NCBI GenBank assembly: GCA_963924565.1
Contig: OZ004614.1
Location: forward strand, 22,630,001 to 22,694,000
Direction: 5' to 3'
Source: Ascidiella aspersa
Taxonomy: Eukaryota
DNA length: 64,000 nt
Both the position numbers and the translations under genes were made by a program. Positions 51,039 through 61,886 of the stretch are shown piece after piece. The notes below the pieces were generated by a model. That model was not told where the DNA came from, searched no databases, and worked only from the letters and a program-made list of their open reading frames with translations. Position 1 is the stretch's first letter. Each line of letters starts with the position of its first letter.

Positions 51039-54000
51039 ATGTTAATCTTATTTTTGTTATTGTTAACGTCCTTGTGGATTGACAAAACAGGTTTGTACTT
51101 TGTGTTGTTCTTACCAAATTGTCTTTTAAAAAAATTCTTCGAAATTGTTTTTATAATTTTTTTATCATATCCACACTTTCTTATTTTGCCAAGTCCAATA
51201 CCGTTTGTAAACAGGTAGGCTGTTTTACTTGGCATTCATTTTTACCTTTAAAAAAATACGTTGTATGGTGGGCACCACCCATGCCTAATCCGGTTCAAAG
51301 TATACCAAACACTATTATTATGGTCGATTTTATTTGGTTGTGTAAGTAACAATACCCTCAGAGATTAAAAAGCAAAACCTTGTGAATAAATGCAACATTT
51401 TTTTAGCGTAAAATGTTGTATCAGCAATTATTTGGTTCCATTTTCTTAAGTTAATAACATTTCGTCAGATCTTGGCCATTTAGCTTCGCATTCGATCGAT
51501 GTAGTCCACATTTATTGTGTTTAGTTGGCGAAAGTGATAGGAAAGTTATTTAAAAGTATTGTTTGGTTTGTTTTAGACGCTGCAACATGCCAGGGAAGGA
51601 ACTTTGTGCTTTCAAGCAGCAAGTCAGAACAACCAACCGCCAAGTCAGCTTGCATTGCTGGAGGTGGACGCTTGGCAAGTATTCCTGACGAAGCAACACA
51701 AAACCAACTCAGCAGTTTAGCAGGCAACAAGGTTGGAAACGGGTGGACTGGAGGTAGTGATGTCTGTAAGTAAAAGCAAACGTTACTGTTCCTTAAATGT
51801 TTTAATGAGGTCTAAATTACATTATTTCAAAATTACATACTTTTTTATTTCTTTGTTATTTTAAGATGCTTTTATTGGCGGGGAACGTGAAGGAAACGAA
51901 TTTAAGTGGCCAGACGGAACAATATTTTCAACCTTATCAGGTTTGAGTTCAAGTTAAATATTAGGGATGTCCGATAAAGATAGGACCCGATACCCGTTGC
52001 CAATTGATAGTATCGCTACTCGTCCGATACTACGATGGTATCGGTGCCGATCCGATACCAAACTTATTTGTGCATTACAGCCATGATTTAACTTAAACTT
52101 TTAAGATGAATAGCTTACTTCGAAAAACATTTCGGTCTAATATCCTCATAAACATTTATCGTTGCTGCAATATCATCAATTTCATGACGTCATTTGGTAT
52201 GGGATCGTTGTATTTTTCGCACAAAATATCGACCATCGGTATCGGACTAAAACACCAATTATCGGACATCCCGAGTAAATGTAACAGAAAATGGTGCTTG
52301 TTATGTTGTTCCTTCTAGAACATGGGTTCTAACCTTTTTTGTATGTTTTACTCTTTTTTTTACCCCAATATATAAAATTGTGCTCATTTATTAAAAAAAC
52401 GTAAGTAACAAATTGCATCAGTTATTTTTCGACGGCTGCCCAAGCTTTTTAGCAGAGCAACGGAGCCGGAGTCGGAATCAGGACTCGGGAGTCGAGTAAG
52501 ACATTGCAAAACTACCCGAGTCATGAGTCTGACATGCGCATGCGCAGTATCAAATTTTAAAAGTGATATGGCCGCCAAATGGAATAGTAAAGGTGAAATA
52601 GCATATGTTTGAATATTTTTTAACCATGTATTATGAGTGTATAAATTATACGACGCCCCTATTATAAGTGGATTTTTGAATACCCACGTTATTTTAGTTA
52701 CATAAATTGGTGAAATACAGGCTGTAGAGTCCGGGCCGGACTCAGGACTTGACGAAATCGCACATTTGACCGAAGTCGGACTCGGGTTATTTTTAACCGA
52801 CTCCGCAGCCCTGCTTTCTAGCAATGAGTTGTTCAATATCTAATAAAGTAGTAGATAATAACTGGGCCGAACACAGTGACAAAAAGTAGGAAATCACATG
52901 CAGCACCTTACAGTTTTTGCTACTAATTTTTAAAGCACCTAAAATCCGCTATGACTGACCTTTCTAGTCCTAAATTGAACAATTAAACCTAAAACACACT
53001 GTCTTCTCGCAGACGGGTTACCTAAATCTATGCCGAGGCTGCCGAAAAAGCTGATGAATTTAAGCAGCAAAGCACGAACAATTACGATACTAAGAGATAA
53101 CGATGTTGGCAATAAACTAAATAAAGTATCAATTAGCGAAGCATAACTTTACGGAGGCTAGACGATGAATCAATAGCTACTAGGATAGCTGTGAATAATC
53201 AATTAATATAAATTAGCAAAGTAGGCTGCCAATACAATTTTTATGTCCTGTCAACTGATTTGAATATTTTGATTGATAGTTTATTTACCCCTTAAACCAA
53301 GGAAATTTACCCCGTGGGGTAAATTACCCCAGGTTAAGAAAGGCTGTACTAGAATAACACAACAAATGAAAACCGTGCCAATGAATGTTATACCAAAACT
53401 GTGAATCTGGGGTAATATATTCCTAACGCATCATCTATCGAAACATTCTTGGCCATGAGCAAAAAAATCAAATTATCAGTCAAGTTAGTTAAACTCAATT
53501 TTGTGGTTTCCATTTTAACGACAAAACATCCGTAATGACATTCAGCGACATATTTTGCGAAAACGTAAACAGTGGGCATAAATTGTTGAGAGCCCAAAGA
53601 AAGGGCGAACTACTCAAGAAAGGATAACAAAAATACTGCTTTGTTGGTCTTTTAAAATAAAAGGTGGTAGCTGGTCAACACCGGGATACAATGGGTGGAC
53701 AAGTGGAAGTGGACATACAGGCAGTGGATCATGTATGGTGTTTACTGGAACACGATCCGGCTCACCAGGAAGTTATACTTACACTTGGAAGTGGGGAGAT
53801 GCGGCGTGTACTGGAACATTCTACTACATTTGTGAAAACCACGGTAACTCAAATAAAGTTAATAAATGGCGAAACAATACACCTTGCCGGAACTGATGTT
53901 AATTTTTACTTTTGTCCGTATGCAAATAATTTGTAACCAATTTGTAGTTTGTAAATTATTCATCCAATTCACCTTTACAAATTTTAGCAAAGTGTGTTGT

Positions 54001-57000
54001 ATGTTTAAATAATCGAACTCAAATTGAAACTTAGCGATAAATATTAATTGCCAATTGACAATCATTAGCCAAATGACAAGCAAAATTTGACGTTAAAGAG
54101 ATATATTACAGTTATTCCAGTGGTTTTAACGCTTTTTTGCCGCGGACCACTTACACTCGATTTTCACCATCACTGATCAACACCTAGTATCGAAAGAAAC
54201 CATTGGCTCAAATTTACTGAAGTTTATTTAGGTAAAACAAAAATTAAAAAAATCAAGCTTCAAGCGATAGTGGCAGATTTTAGATTATAAGTGGATTTTT
54301 TTGAGAGACTATAACGTAGGAGTTACGGCAGCCGTAATAATGCTATAATTGCGTTAATTTCCCTAAACCCGAGATATGATGAGATATGAAAAGCTTTTCG
54401 CGTACAATCTCGAAACCCCATAGCGCTAGTTGGACTATTATCGGGACGTGCACCGCACATAGGGATTCCCGATATATTATATACCGATACCGATACCCCC
54501 CAAAAAAATTATCGCGATCCGATCCGATATATAATGACGTCGTAACGAAGCTGAAATTGGCAAGATATATAAAATTAAAACGTCCAAGGATTTTTTTTCT
54601 AGATTTTTAGGCCAAAATTTGACTTAGAGTTAGGAAGTTGACATATATCGAGTTCTTAACCGACTAAATTTCGATGGATTTAACGATTGTACAAGTTGAT
54701 ACAGAGTATTGGCCAGATGCGGTATTGCCCGACATCCTTACGTTTCATAATTAAAATGAATTACAGCATAAATGTGATTTTATCGAACAAATACAAAACC
54801 ACGAATAAATTTCGTCCTTTTATAAGACGAGGGTTCACCAAACTTTTTTTAGGACAGGACAGTTAAAAGGGGTGGCGGTAGCGTGTCGGGTAAACTTTAA
54901 AGATTAGAATGGCGGGCCGGATGTAAAATTTATAGTATCACCCTCGTTTGATCTAATTATTATAAAGCAAAAGAACCATCAAAATATATTTAAAAAATGT
55001 ATAGTGAGCCCAATAATGTCGTTTAGTTTAAAATTCTATCAAATTTTGCTTAAAAACAACATTTCCGTTAATAAAGAAAAAAAAACTATTTTAGGATCAT
55101 CACAGAAATATGCAGCGGGCGGGAGAATTTAACCGGCGGGTGGTGGCTTGTTGACTCATGCATTAGACTATAATATATTTTGTTCTTACAAACGCAGTGG
55201 ACCGCAACTTGGCTGTGACGTCATCAACCAGCACACCAGCATTGGGAAGCAGTTTGACATTCGCAGGAACCATCTCTGGCTTTTACAACGAACCTCTTAA
55301 CGTGGTTGTTGCGCATGGTGGAACAAACACCAACGTTGAAAGTAATTTCGTTGGAACGAGCTTTACTTACGTCATCAACTTCGTCACCTCGTCACACAAC
55401 GGAGATTTCGTGTTCACTGCAAGCAATAGTGCTGGGACTTGTTCTGGTTCAAAAACAGTCCAACTTACAGTCGGTAAATCGCGTTCTTTGATTAGTTTAA
55501 TTTAAGTTTTTCGCTGTTAAACAGTAAAAAGACAATAAATATTCAATAATAATTGAAAAAAGTGAAACAATGAGAAAGAATAATATTGCTATCGCGCCGT
55601 CGACGCCGTCAACAACTATAATGTAAGTTCTCAGGTCACAATTAGCTAGAGCGCTGTTGCTGGGAAAGTAGTGACAGGATACAGAGTGACTTGGAATCCA
55701 ACTGGTGGTTCACCAACACAACCTTTAGAAGTTGCTTTTCCACTGTTACAACCATCACCGTCGGTTGTTTTATCCAGTGGTTCTCAAACTTTTTTGTGTG
55801 TGTCACCTATATGGAAAAGTTTTATTGAACTTACCACACGCCAATCTATATGAACTTTGCTAACTTTTAGTGGTTGTACAAATCAATTATAATCAATTAC
55901 GGATTTTTCTGTAACAAGGGTTCGGAATTGTCATGTTAAAACGGTAATAGGTAATCGAGTTCATATCACGAAATCATTGTGCGAAGCCCTTGGAAAATTA
56001 AAGACGCACAGTGTGAGTTTGATCTATACGAATTCTGCTGTAAATGTGTTTTTTTATTGAATTTTCTTGCCAAAATTATCGCGGCTTTAATCTGTAAGCA
56101 CATATCAAATCGAATGCAGCATTGATGTAGAATAACATTGTTTCAAACTTATAACCTCGTACCGCAGGGCTGCGGAATCCGACTTCGATCTAAAAAAATA
56201 AACAAAAAGAGTCCCGGGTCGGACTCAGTTTTGATAATGTTTACATACAACGCTGATTGTTGCAATGCAAAACCGTTGTACTGCCAGACCGGCCTAATGA
56301 CACACCACGTGCTACTTGAAAGCAATTCTAATTTGCACGTTACTTTTAGTCCCGCCACCAACCAGTTCGGTCACTTTAACCCAATTAACCAGCGGTGGAA
56401 AGTCACAAATCACAGTTCAATGGACGGCTGTTGGTGGAGCTACATCTGGATATTCGGTGACGTGGACTCCAAATGGTGGATCCGCCCAGTCTAGAAATGT
56501 TGCAACTGGCACAACTACAACCACCATCAGTGATTTAACACCTGGACAAACATACAATGTTGATGTCAGGGCTAAGTTGGGAACAGGAATTAGTGACCCT
56601 ACTTCAAAGAGAATAACAACAGGTGTTAACATATCGATATTATGATGGTCAACAAATCAGGTTTTTTCGATATATTTTATTTTCAGGCAGATTATCTAAA
56701 AAAATATTTTTTTGGATTACACTGATTTTGTTTTTACCTTGTCTGGTTACTGTTGAGCATACAAATATTTTTGACTTGGCGAGGTAGATGAATTTAATCT
56801 CTAGGATGACGGCCATTGTTTATATTTTCCTAGTTTTAATTTTGCGCGATACGTGGGTAAAAAATTACACAAAGCTTATTGGTGCTACCCCCACATATAT
56901 AGCCTACGATACTTCCGTGATGTACTGCCTGCTTGGAAAACTAATGTTTTTTCATGATTTTAAGGGTTATTTCATGAAAACTCTGCGTCATCTTAAAGCT

Positions 57001-59742
57001 AGCAATATAGCTCACTACTAATTTAAACTTACCCGATGTTACTAGAAATCATAATACTGTCTTATTAACAGCTTTTAAAAGACAAACGTTTCTGAAATAT
57101 TTTTTTAGGAAAAGACGTTAGGGTTGTTAAAATTTGCAAAATACAATTGCCTTTTGTTTCTGCAGCTCCTTCACCTCCGAGCAATGTGAAGTTAACACCT
57201 TCACAAACACAAATCACAATAAGCTGGACAAATATTCCTGGGGAAATTGTGACTTCGTACTTTCTGTACTGGAGATCAATCGATGATGTCTTTTCCTCAT
57301 CTGCAGTTAGTGCGCACACAACAAGTTACACAATTACCGGTGCGACTTTTATGAAACGATACGAAGTACGCATAAGAAGTTTAAGTGGTACAGAAGGAAG
57401 CACAACTGTTACAAAAACGACTTCTTCAGGTTAGTATACGCGAAGTCAAATGGAATTACATTTAGAAAGCACCGTACATTGCATGAAGCTGTCTTATCAA
57501 TACATTTTAGCTTTTGCTAGCCAACAGAAAAATATAGTAATTCCGAATAAAAGCAGTTACATTTTTACTTTACCTGGATTTCAGGATCAGTTCTTGTCCG
57601 TTTTTCCAGCATTTCACCTCTAATAGTAAGTTTTGAAGCGGCCACATCTGCAACTTGCACTTGTTCGGGATATTACGAGCCACAGTGCAGACGGTCCAGG
57701 TATTTGAAACTCTATAGTTTCTGCGGGGTTGTTAAACGGTGACGGCCTAAAGATATACTAAAAAAACTCTTACAGTACTTATTTACTTTATCCGAAGGTT
57801 CGCCTACCTATACTTTTCAGGACATAAAAATGCGCTAACTAACGTACAAGGTCATAAAATATATGTTCTTTTAGAAAAAAAATAAAATAATTGAAACAAA
57901 AACGATAAAATAATGCAACGCAAATTTATAGCTATTAAAAATGTTAAATTATACTGCCATTAGTTGAAACCAACAACGCTTTGTATATGGTTTGCCTACA
58001 CATTTGAAGCAATATATCACATGGATCTAACTACAATGTTAATATCAAGTTGACTGTCGCAGTTTAAAGCAACATTTTCTTTGATCACAACAGGAGCAAC
58101 GTCGAACAAACCACAGTTACTTCGGCACAAGTTTACCAAACCTCCACCACAGCAAGTGGAAGTACGTCAGGAACATCTGCACTTCACATCAACATTGCAG
58201 ATCCAAGTTACGCGGGTCATTACGAGTGTAAGGCGACCAACTGGGATGGAAGTGGAACAAAAACCAAAACTTTAACCATATATGGTAGGTAGTGTAAAAC
58301 TAATAATTTTGTTTCTTCGCGCTTACACGTCATTTGAAACGTCGCTTGTTTTTCTGAAACAGTTAGGCCAACCATGGCAACAAGTAAGTCAGCTATAGAT
58401 TTTTCTTCATACAACACTCTACAACAAGTTTACTGCGAATCGCGAGGTCACCCCAAGCCTACAGTTGAATGGACGAGGTAAGCAAACAACCTACGACCCA
58501 CGGCAACTATTTACGGTTTCCACACAGCCTGGACAGTCAATTTAATCTTGTTGTTTCTAACAGGAACATAGAGATTTTGTATATATGCTTACAACACATT
58601 ATTCTTACTTATTTGCTATCATTGGCCACACTATCATAAAACTTAGCATTCCAGCTTACATTTTAGCTCTTTGTGATAATACATTCTATGATTGATTGCT
58701 TGGTGATCTTGAAATGAGAGTCTAAGAGCTGGGTACAGTGAAAACTCATATAGAAAGCTTGTAGTACTGGCATTCTTCGTAGGTCATTTATACTTTTAAT
58801 GTTTAATATGTACTTTGAAGGGTATAGTTACCACACATTCGACGCATTTTGTAATTGGTTGCGCTGCTTATAAATTACAGTTATAAGCATTATAACTAAT
58901 TTGCTGCTTATTAAATTAATGTGGCTCACGTCGTACTTATATTTTCGATTTTGGATAACAACTGAACAATCGTCTCAACAGGAAGTTATTAATAGTGTCG
59001 TTTGCTGGGTTTTAGGTCTGGCATTTCGGTTGCAACTAGCACTGGTCTAAACATTCGTCAATATGAAGCGAACTCCACTGCTTTCTACGTAAAACAAACC
59101 CTCGACATCAGTCTTCAGAATGTTCTCGAATGTGGGGAGTATGTTTGTAAAGTTGCGAGCTCAGATGGAAGCGAACAAACTAGGTCTATTGCTGTAACAG
59201 GTAATTTTAAACTCTATAGGTTTAAGGCATGACACGTAATTCGGCAAAGTCTGGATTTACTTTAGAGTCAGGCGGCATTTGAAGTAACAGTAGCAGCCTG
59301 TCATTCTATGGCTCTGATGACTTCCTTATTTGTTCACGGTATGACGTTTAACTCGCACTAGCACGTTTTGTTGTTCGGTACCTCTAAAGTTTAGACTATA
59401 GAGGTTTGGAGTCTAAACGGTGTTAGTTTTTAGCTATTTCTTTGCGTGTTGGCGTGGATTGTGGTTTTGTGATATCGTGCTGCATCACTTTGTGGCATCA
59501 TGAATTTTTTTATTATTGGTTGATTTTTTGCTATTCATTTTGACTATTTATTTTAATTGTTCCAAATTCCTCCCAATTACAACAATTTAAATAAGAGCTT
59601 TTTCCCATTGTTTTTCTTAAATGACTATAGTTTAACCGAACCTCACGTTATCCACCAATGAGTTGAATGCAAATCATGGAGAATCAAGAATTGTTACTTG
59701 TACCAGCTACGGTTATCCAATGCCAAATATCGCCTGGAAAAA
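51039..59742 (+). CDS. Copy C: truncated paralog (leader-CTLD-Ig-FN3-FN3-Ig-Ig-stop, ~639 aa); secreted form or pseudogene
   Basis: Leader 51039-51090; CTLD 51577-51765, 51866-51940, 53664-53843; Ig1 55198-55473; FN3 56350-56622, 57166-57429; Ig2 57585-57699+58094-58284; Ig3 58363-58477+59016-59200; Ig4a 59631-59742 with in-frame TAA at 59633-59635 (CAG in copy A). The Ig2 core Trp is Arg. No downstream family exons were found. Confidence 0.75.
51962..52273. mobile_element. MITE of the TAGGGATGTCCGATA family
   Basis: Termini TAGGGATGTCCGATAA / TTATCGGACATCCCGA with internal CCGATAC motifs; relatives at ~2851, ~16424, ~19128, ~34310 and ~54440. Confidence 0.75.
52453..52813. mobile_element. 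MITE of the CAGGGCTGCGGAGTCGG family
   Basis: Termini CAGAGCAACGGAGCCGG / CCGACTCCGCAGCCCTG; TSD CTTTTTAG / CTTTCTAG. Confidence 0.85.
55590..55774 (+). pseudogene. Decayed FN3 pseudo-exon within copy C
   Basis: SQVTIS*SAVAGKVVTGYRVTWNPTGGSPTQPLEVA has TAG at 55647-55649 at the FN3 Trp position, then a frameshift and a MITE end (CAGTGGTTCTCAAACT) at 55775. It is paralogous to the FN3 exon at 56350-56622. Confidence 0.8.
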
Positions 59743-59804
59743 GTAAGTAGTGTTTGTCCAACGCCTATGTATGTAACATTGAAAAAAAAAAATTTCATTT
59801 CTAC

Positions 59805-59844
59805 TTTGACCTGATGAAGCACGATTGTGCGAAAGCTTGTCGAG
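59805..59844 (+). ncRNA. Minimal type I hammerhead ribozyme, second copy
   Basis: TTTGAC-CTGATGA-A-GCAC(GATT)GTGC-GAAA-GC-TT-GTCGAG. It differs from 42478-42517 only in loop II and lies in a shared ~80 bp repeat. Confidence 0.75.
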
Positions 59845-60211
59845 AATCAAATACAATTTGTCTTTATACAGTGCCACCTGATTTTTCTTTGAATTAGGAC
59901 AAATACGGCCATATACAAAGATTATTTATCCATGTTTTTCTTTCGAATTAAACTGTTTAACTTTCAGTAATTTGCTTTCTATTTATTATCTTGAATGCGA
60001 TATTGTGTTTACTATATTTTTTAGTTCTCTTTACATTAGATAATTTAATACTTGTACGACATCTACAGAAAGTTTTTTTTTTTTTTTTTCTTTTTTTTGA
60101 ACAGTTTTGGTTCATTATCAAACTTTATAGCCTATGTTGTTTCTAATTTAATTTCGGAATTTCATCTTTTCTCATTTTAAGCTTAGCTGAACCTTATTTT
60201 GTTTGTTTCAG

Positions 60212-61413
60212 TTTGCTGGTTTACTATCGACGGAATCCGAATGACAATGGCCATGACGAACCCGATTGGATTCCAGGTCCAAGACACTCAAAAGCGATCA
60301 AAGGTGTTCTTGGTGGTGGGATGGCTCATCCCGGCTCTTGTGGTTGGATCGGCGCTCGCCGCTGGTCTTCCAACAGGAAACTACATCAAAGTCAAGGACA
60401 TAAACGTTACACAACAAGGAGGAAACAAATACGAGAGATGCTGGTTGGATCCTGGCACCAACGTGTTCATTCTCACTATGATCGTGCCGATCGCGATTTG
60501 TCTGCTGGTCAACTTCCTCTCTGCTCTCATCGGATCGTGGGTGCTCTTTTCCTCCAGGAAAAAAAGGGAGCGAAGAAGTCCGGAGGAAATGGATCAAGAC
60601 GCCAAGACCTTTTTCAAGGCCTTCTTTTTCTTGATGTTGGTTCTTGGAACAACTTGGGTTCTTGGATTTTTTACAGGTACAATTTGCAAACGGGAACAGG
60701 GTTTTTACGCATTTTCATGAAATAAATTCAAAGACATTTTAACAGTTCTTAAAGATAATTTATCGTTTTTTTGAATACCTGTAATATAATCACTTGGCGT
60801 CTTTTAAAGATTATTATAAATGAACAGCATAAATGTCAGGCGAAACCCAATAACAAAAAGAAATATTTTGTCAAACTATTGCACTTTCTGAACAAATTAT
60901 TTAAGCTGCACATAAAATAAAAACCTTTTTATAAAACATAGTGATTTTTAGGACTTTAAGAATGAAATGCAATTCAAAGAAAATGAATGACTTTGTGGTA
61001 AACCTTAACAACGCTTCGTTTACAATTAGGATGACAATATTCCCCAAAATGCTGCAATTTGGCTGAAATTTTACTTTTTCTTCGCGACTTTTTTCTTTTA
61101 TGTAGGTTAAGCAACATTTGGCGTCAGAAATGTATTTAGTTTCGGACACAGCAAGCCGTTTATCTTTTAATAAATTTAGCGCATAATTAAAGCTATTTTT
61201 ACTCCAGGTCTCGGCGACGAGATGACGTCAGAAGTGATGACGTACATCCACACGCTGGTGAACGGGCTTCAGAGATTGGCGGTGTTCTATTGCTACTGTG
61301 TCAAGAATGACGTCATTCGCAAGAAGATATCATGCGTAGGAAGAACTTCTGGCGTTTCAGGCCAGGAAAGTACAAGCGACCATAACCTAACCCAGCAAAC
61401 TTCACGTACTTAG
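60212..61413 (+). CDS. 3' exons (part of TM3 to TM7 plus C-tail) of an adhesion/secretin-class GPCR; 5' part not found, possibly a pseudogene fragment
   Basis: Exon 60212-60676: CWFTIDG (TM3), VGWLIPALVV (TM4), RCWL (ECL2), IVPIAICLLVN (TM5), LVLGTTWVLG (TM6). Exon 61208-61413: TLVNGLQRLAVFYCYCVKNDVIRKK (TM7/H8; Arg where the family has LQG). No TM1-2 or GAIN/GPS exon was found. Confidence 0.8.
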
Positions 61414-61498
61414 GAAACATCCAAACACAACTGTTCGGCGGTTGTTTTTCTCTTCAGTTCTATCCACTTGTTTAGTTTGCCGACATTTAGCTCTAGAT

Positions 61499-61886
61499 CA
61501 GCGGTTCCCAAACTTTCTAAATTTTTCCTGGTGGACCCGTTGCAATTATTTTGATATTTCGCGGCCCTACAAAAGTTAAGGGTCAATTGAGCAATGTTCA
61601 TTTGTAGTACCCTACCACAGTCACGATTCTTTTAATGTAACAACTTTCTAACTAATGCTAAAGATTCGCTGATAGCAGATAACACAGCATAGTAGATGCT
61701 TTATGTCGCAAGAAACATCATAAAACACGCTATATGATCAAATAATAAAGCATTACTAAAGACTAATAATGATGACAGATAATGTTAAGAATATTTTGCT
61801 AAAGCCTAATGTTTAAAATCTTTAAGTCTAATTCTCCTTGCGGACCCTCTGAAACTGCTGTACTGACCCCAGTTTGGGAACCGCTG
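61499..61886. mobile_element. hAT-type MITE
   Basis: Perfect 16-bp TIRs CAGCGGTTCCCAAACT / AGTTTGGGAACCGCTG flanked by TCTAGA-containing target sequence. Confidence 0.88.

Noticed and set aside
52384-52836. 150-aa minus-strand ORF
   Set aside because: It coincides with a MITE (52453-52813) and has no recognisable protein motif.
60213-60725. 170-aa overlapping alternative-frame ORF
   Set aside because: It is a shadow frame of the GC-richer GPCR exon; only the 60199 frame shows family motifs.
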